From: Haliotis rufescens
Lineage: Eukaryota
NCBI RefSeq assembly: GCF_023055435.1
Contig: NW_025963890.1
Location: 13,206,001 to 13,270,000, forward strand
Length of the DNA: 64,000 bases
Direction: 5' to 3'
The notes beneath the pieces were generated by a model. It did no database searches. It was not told where the DNA came from and was given only the letters and a program-made list of their open reading frames with translations. The position numbers and the translations under genes are program-made. Below, piece after piece: positions 27,301 through 39,300 of this stretch. Position 1 is the stretch's first letter. Each line of letters begins with the position of its first letter.

Positions 27301-30300
27301 TGATGACTGGGACACCCATGTCCCCACAGTGTTTCAAAATAAGCATCAATATCATTGCGTCCTTGTCATAACCCTACTTGATAGTTAAAGATTAGGGTGC
27401 CTAGATTCCAATACTGTATGAGCAAACCTCCAGGAACCCAGAATCCATAGCTCTAGCATTGTTGTAAGCCTATGTTAAAGTATGGGAGTTACGAACATCA
27501 TAGGGCTAAGATCACTACGTGGAACCGGGCCCAGCAGGGGGCCCGCGTTAGAAACTAACAGTTCTAGCCCCCTAACCCTTATAATGATAACATATAGCAA
27601 AACCCATAAAAACGGCCCACTTATCTGCTTATCTGGTTGAACTAATTTCATTGTTAATAAGTCACAACCATCTCAGTTATTTACCAGCAATCAATAATAT
27701 GGTTCCTAATCTTCAAGTATCTCTCAGGAGTTTTAGATTGTCGACCATCAAAGAATTCAGAGTGAATCTTCCTCTCCTCCTCTGTGATGTCATCAGCTTC
27801 CATGATCCTTTCCTCCTCCGGGATTGGAAATTCTATCACTTCTCCTGCCGATGTTGTGATACCATTGACTGAAATAAATAACCAGTGGTCACTGTCAGGG
27901 TCACAGCCATGTCCACCATAACCATGATAACATGACTCAACTTCTGCCTGGTCAGTCAACAGACAGATCACAATAATAATAACAATCAAATTGAAACAAA
28001 AACAATGTTTGTTCTCAGAACTTTGGAAATTGGAAACTTGGTGCTGCAGACATGGAGGAGCAGCCTACAGTGAGTGAGTGAGTGAGTGAGTGAGTGAGTG
28101 AGTGAGTGAGTGAGTGAGTGAGTGAGTGAGTGAGTGAGTGAGTGAGTGAGTGAGTGAGTATGGTTTTACGCCGCTTTTAGCAATATTCCAGCAATATCAC
28201 GGCGGGGGACACCAGAAATGGGCTTCACACATTGTACCCATGTCAGGAATCGAACCCGGGTCTTCGGCGTGACGAGCGAACGCTTTAACCACTAGGCTAC
28301 CCGACGGCTCCGAGAGCAGCCTACACATTTTAACATTTGTTTAAGATGACAAATAAAAATGTATTGAAATTATGAATTATGATCAAATTAACATTCATCC
28401 TAGTCATAACCATCTCATGACCAGTGTCTTGTTTGATCAAGCATAATGACATACTTTTTTTTATCAGATGTGCTAAACTATTATTTGCATTTTGTGGCGA
28501 GGACAGAAAGGAAGCCAAGACAGATTACCTCCCCTTGTTTGAACAGGAGACATGTATTGACACATGTTGAAACAGACTGCCCTATATGTCAATATAAATG
28601 AGTATGACCCTTTAGTTGGCATACTGAGACACATTCAACCATGGTATTAAACAAACTAGACATATTTAAAGATGTAAACAAACGCACATTTCGAAAAGAT
28701 GCATATTTTTCATCACCTTTGCCTTATTTTCAAATCATTTACATAAATAAATAACTCTAGTTATGTAAAATATAATTCAAAGAAACTATTCAATGAGATT
28801 TCAAAGTAAACATCATGGACATGGTAAATGGGTGTTTATCTCTCTCAGTATACACCTGATACATGCTAAAGTAGAATGTGTGAAATTGAAATCGGTGGAC
28901 ATCGGCAGCTGACCGTAGAGGTGTATGAACAAGATAAATAAAGACATCCAAAAAATATATACATGTACCAAGTATTAAGAAAAACAAATTGTCACTTGAA
29001 AAGTTTCTGAAGACTTTAATTGATATATCTTGGATAGAAAAATCAATTGCACACAAACACAATACAATAAGACAGTTTGACAGAGAATGGAAAACTTTGG
29101 CAAATGAATTGCCTACTTAATGTGTCGCTATTTGTTTCTTTTGGTGTTTTTTTAACATAAACAATTTCCACTAATGTGCTGTCAGGATTTAGCTTCACAC
29201 TTAGTTAATAAACATGGCAAATGTAGCCTGCCCGTTTCATTGTAAACATTGTTGGACACCTGTAGCCAACTTAAATTTTGTTGTCTGCTGTATAGGTATG
29301 TTACCTCCACCTAATAAGTATACCACATGACGTGCTACTCAATGTTCTACTCTGTAATATCATAAACTGAATTGAACACGTTGAATTAAAAAAAAAATTT
29401 AAAAATTTAAAAATAAAACAAAATTTTCCCTGCTTCATTATGATCAATCCTATGATAATACTGATCATTGAACAGCTTACGGTAAAACATGACTTCACTG
29501 GTAAAAGATAACAAAATGTAAGCATGTTATTATCATGATGACGAAGACAGTTAATTCTACATTCCACATACCTATAACTTTCTCCTCAAGCTTTGGCACA
29601 TCCTGTAGAACAGTCATTTCTTCACTGCTGTCACAACATTCGGTGGGCGGTTCAGGCTGAGTAAATTCTCCTGTTGTATTAGCATTGGCTTTGGTTTCTT
29701 GCTTACTATCAGTAAAAAGTTCCGTGACATTCTCATCCATAGCACCTTCTAAGTTTTCAGATCTCCCCTGAGTAGCACTGTCTGTGTCAGCTGCTGCAAC
29801 GTCAGCATCAGTATCTCCTTCATCAGACTGTTCACCATCACCCAGCTCAGTCGGTGTAACATTGGCTGATCGTAACAACTTCTCATACACAGAGCTAGGT
29901 GAAATGGACCTTCCTAACAGTATTGGGTTGTCGTTATCGTCATCATCATTTTCAATATCGATATCCACATCCTCCTCCTCTTCAACTGAATTGGAACTCA
30001 AGTTCCCAATTTCGTCGGAGGAAGTGCCAGTTTCTTTCTGTAAAGCTTCATCTTTCCCTTCAGAGTGTTGCACTACGGAAGCAAGAATGTCGGACTGAAC
30101 GACCTCTGATCCATCGGCTGTGACTGTTGTTAGAGTCTGGAGATCACTAGCACTAAAGTCACTCTCAACAACAGCAGCCAAAGTGTCCAGTCCGGAAGCA
30201 ATGTGGATCAGCGTCCCGACCGAGCTGTCAAAACCTAATTCCTTACTCCCAGACAAGAACCCTACCCCAGACAGATTCACACTGGGAGACAATTCACTTG

Positions 30301-33300
30301 TGTCCACATTCCCGGTATAGGAACCACATTGAAGGTCCTGTAGCCCAGAAATACCAATGATTGTATTTGCAGATGGTAAAACACCATCCAGACCATTGGT
30401 AATGCTTTGTACTGATTCTATTTGGGAGTCTGCTTTTGTTGTATTGTGGTTTTTCTTCTTGTTTTTGGACTGCTTGGACACTGAGGTCTTTCTGCTCTGA
30501 CTGGGTGAACTGGAAAGGGATGTGACTGTGGGCTGGGCAGTTGTGACGGAAGCAAGGACATTAGCCAGTGGGTCAGCTGACTGGCTGAGGTGGGAGGCCA
30601 GTTGTGTTGAGCCAAGGGGCAGATCTCGAGACGTAGAGGACACAACTGCAGAGGCAGCTTCAGCCTTCTTGGCCTAGAAACACATGCAGAGTCAGTAGAA
30701 TAAGACATAGCATTTATGCAGTGTTCCCGTTTACCAGTAATTACCAGTCTTTTACCGGTAAAATTAGGTTTGGACTGGTAATTCATGTGACTGCCAGTCC
30801 CTGTGGACAGGCAAATAAAGTACCCCATAAATCTTTGCTGTTGAACAAATCAGAGGCGATATTCATATAAGTATATTTTTTAACTAAGTCAGCTTGTCTC
30901 TCCATCAGGGTTTCCACTTTCTATTTTTAGTGCAAGGAAATAAAATTCACTTTGCTTTGAAATTAAATCTGCATTTCTAGCGACTTACACACGAAATATA
31001 TAAAAAAAGAGAGAAAATTGTTACTGAACTTTGTTTGAATGACGTGTAGATCTAATTGGGTTACTTCAGATATGATGTCATGGCATTAAACATGATGTTG
31101 AAAGAATTAAATCCAGGTAACTTTCATACAGTTTTTGATTTGTTGCCAGTCAACCAGGACTGGCAGTTTCAAAAGCCAGCAGGAACACTGTTATGAGAGG
31201 GTGACTGTTGTTTTATGTCACAATCAGCAGTACTACAGCTATATCTTGTCATCCTGGACATAAGTGAGTCCACATCAGACAAACAAGAGCTTTACATCAG
31301 ATCCCTGTCTGAGTTCCCCCTACAACATACAGGAGGTACTGAGGAACTGCTCTGTCTAGGAATCCCCACAGGGAGTCAATAATGCATCACCACACAGGTT
31401 CCTGGAATTAAATAAGTACTTGAGGTGGTAGCTGTGCAGGGGTCTGTTCAACAAAGCGATTATAGTGCTAAGGTGATTTACCTCTTTTCTTTAACACAGA
31501 CTTATGATAGTACAGAGCTCCAGATAACTTTTTGAGCAATTGAGTTTTACTCAAAGGTTTCTATCTTAATTGGGTTATTACACTTTTCATTTGGTTAACA
31601 AATATTTGTTCACTCATCTATTCATCACTCCATTGGGTTTTTCCCAAAATGAGTAAACATTTTGAGATTTAAAAAAAAATGAAATAATGTTTTAGATGTA
31701 CAATGTATATAATGGTTCTAAAAATAGGCTTGACTAAGAAGGTAAAATAACTCGTAATTGTGTTTCGGAAATAAGTTCCGTTGTACCCATGTTGAAAAAG
31801 CTTCATTGGGTATTTACGTGTGCTGGTTTCATACAATTGAGTTTTTCATTTAATGCATGCGTTTCTGTACGCATGTTAGTTGAAAGTAAATGGGTTTTGA
31901 ATAGTTTTAGGGGGTATTTTACGCAAATACACAGTGTATCTGTAGCTATGATAGTAGTAGCACATTATTACACTCTGCCCGTTTCAAGCAGCATATAAGG
32001 TACATGGGTTTCACTAATGTACAACATTGTACTCATTCATACAGGGGGCACGGGGAGCCCAGTTGTCAAAGGCGCCGCGATTCACTGTGCAGAGTTGCGT
32101 CCCTTGGGCATGCCAGAAACCTATGATTGTGGGTTCGAATCCCGGATTGCCCCGATTATGTTTCTAGGTTTGTCAGCACCATAACCGTGCTTATGGGTTT
32201 CACCAAGTGGTAAACATCTTAGACTTGCATCACTTCGGGCTTTCCTCCCACTTTAAGCTGACACGCCGCGATATAACTGGAATACTGTTAAAAGCGGCAT
32301 TAAACCAAACTCACTCACTCACTCACTCACTCATTCATTCATACAAAGATGTGTAGGTACAATGTGTAAATATTACTCAAACAGTGAAATCCCCAAAAAT
32401 TCTTAGAAAAACTTGCACTATGGTAAAGTCTACACAATGTAGCATCCCTCATTTGACAGATTGTAGCAGGAGTTACATCACTTGGTAACTCGATCAAAAG
32501 AGTTGATAATTTACATTGAATACTGATAATCATGATGATAGTAGCAAAATGCAGACATAGAACAAATATAAGTTATAAGGTGAACAATCACCAATCCAGT
32601 AGTGAACACAAAGAAAAGACAGACTGCACTGTACATCAAGAGCTTCATGTCATGCTATGTCTGCGACACGAGTGTCTTAATTCCGGTGTTTCCCCAGCGG
32701 AATTTAGGCACAACTGTCAACAATGCCGTTCAGATGATGGAAACAATACACTGTTGTCTCGTGACGTGATATGACCCTAGGGCATGTTTGATTTTTATGA
32801 ACCCCGATATGTTTGCCCTCGTAGGTAATATAGTGGGATATGTTGCCCAATTGTTGTCACTTTCTTGCCCAAATATGCTTTTGTCTTGCTAAGAATCAGA
32901 TTGAATCAGTATCAGCTGATGACACTTCTGCAACATACCAGATTCTTGAAGTATTGCTGGGCATAGTTCTTCACTTGCAGGCTTGTCCGGGTGGGAATGA
33001 TTTCAGAGATGCGGGTCCAACTTCTACCATACAAATCCTGGAAAACATTGAGTTAGAGTGCACACGTTTTATCTAGGCAGACGGTTGGTTGGGTTTAACA
33101 TAAGGGTAGGGGAAAGGCCTGCATACACAGTATATATCCAAGACATGAAGGGTAGGAAAAAAGTCCTGCATAAACAGCATATATGAAAGATATAAAGGGT
33201 AGGGGAAAGGCCTGCATACACAGTATATATGAAAGATATAAAGGGCAGGGGAAAGGCCTGCATACACAGTATATATGAAAGATATAAAAGGTAGGGGGAA

Positions 33301-36300
33301 AGGCCTGCATACACAGTATACATGGTATATATGAAAGATATAAAGGGTAGGGGGAAAGGCCTGCATACACAGTATATATGAAAGATATAAAGGGTAGGGG
33401 AAAGGCCTGCATACACAGTATATATGAAAGATATAAAGGGTAGGGGAAAGGCCTTCATACACAGTATATATGAAAGATATAAAGGGTAGGGGAAAGGCCC
33501 TCATACACAGTATATATGAAAGATATAAAGGGTAGGGGAAGGCCTGCATACACAGTATATATGAAAGATATAAAGGGTAGGGAAAAGGCCTTCATACACA
33601 GTATATATGAAAGATATAAAGGGTAGGGGAAAGGCCCTCATACACAGTATATATGAAAGATATAAAGGGTAGGGGAAGGCCTGCATACACAGTATATATG
33701 AAAGATATAAAGGGTAGGGAAAAGGCCTTCATACACAGTATATATGAAAGATATAAAAGGTGGGGGAAAGGCCTGCATACACAGTATATATGAAAGATAT
33801 AAAGGGTAGGGGAAAGGCCTTCATACACAGTATATATGAAAGATATAAAAGGTAGGGGAAAGGCCTTCATACACAGTATATTTGAAAGATATAAAAGGTA
33901 GGGGAAAGGCCTGCATACACAGTATATATATGTGTAGGATAAAGCATGTCCGAGGGTTTTTATGTTATTTAAAACCCGCATCCACAGGATTGAACCTAAT
34001 GGCGTCAGCCCCTATGTTTTATCCCAAGGATAAGGGTTTTAAATATCATAAAAACACAAAGGCGAAGTGTTTTACCTAACTTATAAATGAAAAAAAGAAA
34101 CTTAAAACAACATTTATCAACATTTGTATGTTTCAAACATACTTTCCATGAACCGCAGGAAATGGATGTAAAATATCTGTTGCTGGTGTACAGTACTTGA
34201 AAAAGACATTCTTAAGAGGATTGTGATCAGCACCTCTATAGCCTAATGGAAGACTAACCGGGCTACAGCTATGAGGGTTGCGGGGTCGATCCTCAGGAAT
34301 TGTTCAAAGGCCAAAAAAATATTCTTGCGAGAAAGATTCATATGTTACATTTGAACAGAAGTTGTATTAATAAAATCCCAATGATATTATATAAAATCCC
34401 AGGGATATCACAACCATGATAACATCCCTGTTTATGAGATTTAATCCTACTGGAGAACAATGGGATGACATCACAGGAGGTTTATAAGCAAGACATAAAG
34501 GGTTGGGGGAAGGCCTATATACAAGACATAAAGGGTTGGGGGAAGGCCTATATGCAAGACATAAAGGGTAGGGGGAAAGGCCTATATACAAGACATAAAG
34601 GGTTGGGGGAAGGCCTATATGCAAGACATAAAGGGTAGGGGGAAAGGCCTATATGCAAGACATAAAGGGTTGGGGGAAGGCCTATATGCAAGACATAAAG
34701 GGTAGGGGGAAAGGCCTATATGCAAGACATAAAGGGTTGGGGGAAGGCCTATATGCAAGACATAAAGGGTTGGGGAAAGGCCTATATGCAAGACATAAAG
34801 GGTTGGGGGAAGGCCTATATGCAAGACATAATGGGTTGGGGAAAGGCCTATATGCAAGAAGTAAAGGGTTGGGGAAAGGCCTATATGCAAGACATAAAGG
34901 GTAGGGGAAAGGCCTATATGCAAGACATAAAGGGTTGGGGGAAGGCCTATATGCAAGACATAAAGGGTTGGGGGAAAGGCCTATATGCAAGAAGTAAAGG
35001 GTAGGGGGAAAGGCCTATATGCAAGAAGTAAAGGGTAGGGGGAAGGGCCTATATGCAAGAAGTAAAGGGTAGGGGGAAATGCCTGCAAACACTCTATATA
35101 AGTAAGACACAAATCATTACCAGCCCACTGAGAAAAAGCTGTTTCTCTTCCTCGTTCCAGGGACGTTTGGCAGAGTTCGACTTGGGCTTTGTCGGACTGG
35201 AAGACGGAGACTTGTCAGATGATACCATCTTTGTCTTGGATCGGCCATTGAGGTATTGTCTTGAGAAGTGGTCAAGGAAAACTTGACAGAGAATTAAAGC
35301 CTCAGAGTGAGGCTCTGTTCAACTGATAACAACAAACAAACAATAAAAATATATGGACAGTGGAGCTTTTCATTTGCAACAATTTTTATGTCCATTGTAG
35401 CCAATTTCTACTGTTGTTTGTTTGCTTCTTTTCTAATGCTTAAAGTCGCACTCAGCAATATTACAGCTATGTGAAGGCGATCTATATAGATCAGGTCTGG
35501 TCCAGACAATCCAAAGATGACATGCATCAACCAAGTCAGCAAGACTAACCACTCGATCCTGTTAGTCACCCCTTCCAACAAGCATGGGTTGCTGAAGATC
35601 AATTCGAACCCTGATCTTCACAGGATGTTTGGGTCAGCACTTTTGCGTAGGACACTTATCACTTGAATGTACATATTAGGATACTGTTCTTCCATCAGCA
35701 TTCTTTCTATGGTGGCCTTTGATTTTTCATCCATGTAGCTGTCCATTGTCCATCCCTTGCACATAAAGAGACAGAAAATTACACACTGCATGTTTGAGCA
35801 AGACAAACATTTCAAATTTAAATTAATCTGGCGCGTGCAAATTGTTACATGCAAAATATTTGTGGTGTTTTACATTTAGATATTATATCAAAAGTGGTGT
35901 CTGCATCTTATTATTTTAAAAGGACATTACCCAAGCCAAATTTCATACTGAAAGAGAAATTCCATTAATTTGTCCATCACAACAAACAATAGTGGCCTCG
36001 CTTGAAGTATATGTCAGTAAGCCTTTTGGGTCTTAAGTTCAAAAGCTAGAGTACAGTGGCAAAGAGATTAGTGATGCCATTTTATTGTGAAGTCATGGGA
36101 ACCACTCCATGGTCTGGTGGTAGAGCATCCACCCAGAGAACGGAAGGTTCAGGGTTCAAACCCTGGCTGCGTCATGCCAAAAGATGTTAAAAAGATGGTA
36201 CTTGTTGTTACCCTGTCTGACGCTCGGCATTAAGGGGATAAAGTGAGTGAGTATGGGTTTACGCCGCTTTTAGCAATATTCCAGCAATATCACAGCGGGG

Positions 36301-39300
36301 GACACCAGCTTCACACATTGTACCCATGTCGGGAGTCGAACCTGGGTCTTCGGCGTGACGAGCGAACGTTTTCACCACTAGGCTACCCGACCGCCCCTTA
36401 AGGGGCTAAAACAAGGACTGGTTGGCTTGGAGTCAGTATACTGTGTCTGAGTGGGGTATTCATGTTAAACTGCGGCATGGCATCTCAGTGTGCTAGCTCT
36501 ATAAATCAGCATCAGTCTGACTAGTACAAATACACACATACACACACACATGCATGTCGCTATCTATTTAAACCCCATTTCACCCACCTCATGGGAACCA
36601 ATGATGTCACAAAGGCCTACAAAGCATTGTAATGTAATGTCGCTGGAGTTGATCTCACCCAAGCGATATCACCTGGGAGAGCCAGTTTTAGATAATAGAT
36701 GTGGATAGATAATTAGATGAAAGGGGTCCCAAAATACTCTTAAATCTCTTTAACATTTTCAAGCAATGTTAAGCAGGTCATCTTTTAGAGATAGAACTCC
36801 AAATAGAGATGAAAATAGTTTTTGCTAAAGTCAATGAAAAACGTATGTGTAAGTTTCCCCTTGTGGATTAATCAGTTACCATGGTTACACGTTTGGCATA
36901 ATGAACAGTAGATGTAAGCATCAAATGATGTCTACAAGGTTCTCTTCATGGCTATGGAACCACTTAATGGAGAGCATTATTTATTGTACTGATAATTTCT
37001 TATAAAGTCATTGGAATTATTACATATTTCTTTAGACTCTTTAGCATTTGTTTAGCAACTCTGACTGGGGTCTTAGCTTGAATTTCTTTGACACATATGG
37101 AGTCTGAGCTCAAGACATACAACCAGTTTTCAATTAAAGAATAGCATATCTACTAGATGCACGGTAAGAACTTCCCCACATATACCAAATGTAAAAATTA
37201 CTGGTTTCAGGGAAATGTTACTTTGAAAATCTGCAATGAACATGACAACACTTGATATGAAAAAGATTGAAAAAGATAAAAACAAATTTATCAAAGTTGT
37301 AGCAGCTAGGGGTGAAACGATACATTGGTGCAACAGTGCATCGTAAATTGATTAACCCCCCACCCCAGCAAACAATTTAGTCAGTAAAATTCGCAAAATG
37401 TGTTGTAATCAGCATTCCAAGTTCACCACTAAAATTAGCAAATACGACCATGAGTCTACAGCTAGCTTTTCCTTTAGAACTTGCTCTGAAATATTTATAG
37501 TCAAGAAGTATTGCGATATGTATCATAACATGACCTATGTATCGTGATACGTATAGTATTGTGACTTTGTTGCATCATTTCACCCCTGGTAGTAACCATG
37601 GTAACAGAATGAAACAAAATACAGCCTGATGTAATTGTATGACAAAGACTATCTTTTACCTGTTCAAGCATCCATGGAGGGTTGGTAAACTCAGGAAGTA
37701 GGTTTGCACTCTTTGAGGGCAGTTCATTGGCATCATAGAATCCATCTTCAACTCTGAAACAATGGTCAACCTATTCAAAGCAATCCATTGATCTACCAGG
37801 CTGTTTCCAATAATAGTATCTCAACAACCAATCTTACAAGAATATTTTTTTTAAAAACAACCTTGTGTTGTAGAACTACTATCATCATTGATCACGCTTA
37901 CAGAATCTTACTATTCCAAGAAAACCATATGGCACTGGTCGACAGTTGGTCGACAAATGTAACATATCACATCGCAATGACCATGGTGACATTATCACTG
38001 ATAACTGAAGATGCATTCTCTCTGACTCCAGTGTACTAGTCTGTCTCACAGTCCCAAAACCATATCATTTTCCATTCTGCCAAGACCTAACTGTAATGCA
38101 ATGCCTCCAAATGAAGCAAGTCTAGATTTTCTCAGGTTCAGGCATCTGAATGTTCAATATCACATGGGCTCCTTTTCAATGTAAATAGAGTTTCTATCAA
38201 ATCACTAAGTGGAGTCTAGGAATAATTATTCAATATTATATTATTATATAAACTATGACGTGATTGAATAGCATATGTCACAACAGAAAAATAATACTGC
38301 TATATTAAGATGGAGTCAAGTCCAAAATGCTGTCAAAATATTCGAAAATTTGGGTAGAAAAAACGCTTTTTAGTACTTTATGTTGATGCTGAGAGAAAAG
38401 AAATACACTGAGCATGCTGAGTGTGGGTCCAGTGTGAACTGACATCACATTGATGATAGTAGTGATTGTGCACACACATTCATCATTTTGTAGATCTCAA
38501 TATTCACAAGCACGCATATAATCTTTGGCAAAGGGGAGAAGCACATTTGGGGAAAAAAAGGTGCACTTACAATACAAATGCTAGCCCATAATTTGTTTGT
38601 TAGCCATAAATTAGTCAATTGCTATTTTTGTCACCAAATTATTTAGACATACATTGTTATATTCATGAACATGATGCTTCAAAACAGGGGGTTATACCCT
38701 GCATCCCTTAATAACTGGCACAAAAATGTGCAAATCAGTATTCACTTTCCAAGTGTAATATTATTAGGTTACATTTATAAAACTATCAACATGATCACTA
38801 GTGATATTGTCACAACAGTCAATCAATGACACAAAGCAAGGCAGCACTCTTTCACAAGGTTGTATATTGAAGTTAAAAAGGTCAGACTTTAAAAAAAAGG
38901 CACACATTTCCTAGAATCAGAAAGACAAGCATTTACATTCACGAGTGTCTTTCAAATGTGTCGATCTGATTCAAAATAGGACAATGTGAAACAGGAAATA
39001 AAACAATGACTGTCAACCAGGAATTACTGTGGAGTGAATTGTTGTATCTTGCACAGCAGATGTATGGAATATTTTTAATGTAATGAAAAGTTCAAAACAG
39101 TTAATCATATAAACAGTTTCAGTAAGACAGGTAACCAGTTCACAATTTTTCAACTCATGGCGTAAATATTGAAGTGTTTCAGCCTCAGACATGTCAGCAG
39201 GAATTCTATATTTAGCCTCGATTTGAAACAGTGAATAACAAAGAAACATTAATTTTGCAATGATGTATGATCATGATTATTTCTTCATCAAATAATGATT

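Noticed and set aside
27869-27989. 5' extension of the exon 7 ORF ([22 protein letters not shown])
   Set aside because: The upstream CAG acceptor is phase 0 while exon 6 ends in phase 1; the TTTCAG at 27869 fits.
29784-30320. Plus-strand Ser-rich ORFs
   Set aside because: Antisense shadows of MYSM1 exon 6.
33069-35004. Many overlapping repetitive ORFs on both strands
   Set aside because: Artefacts of the 46-bp and 33-bp minisatellites inside MYSM1 intron 4.
36760-37300. Possible old LINE fragment
   Set aside because: Too degenerate to identify motifs reliably by eye.
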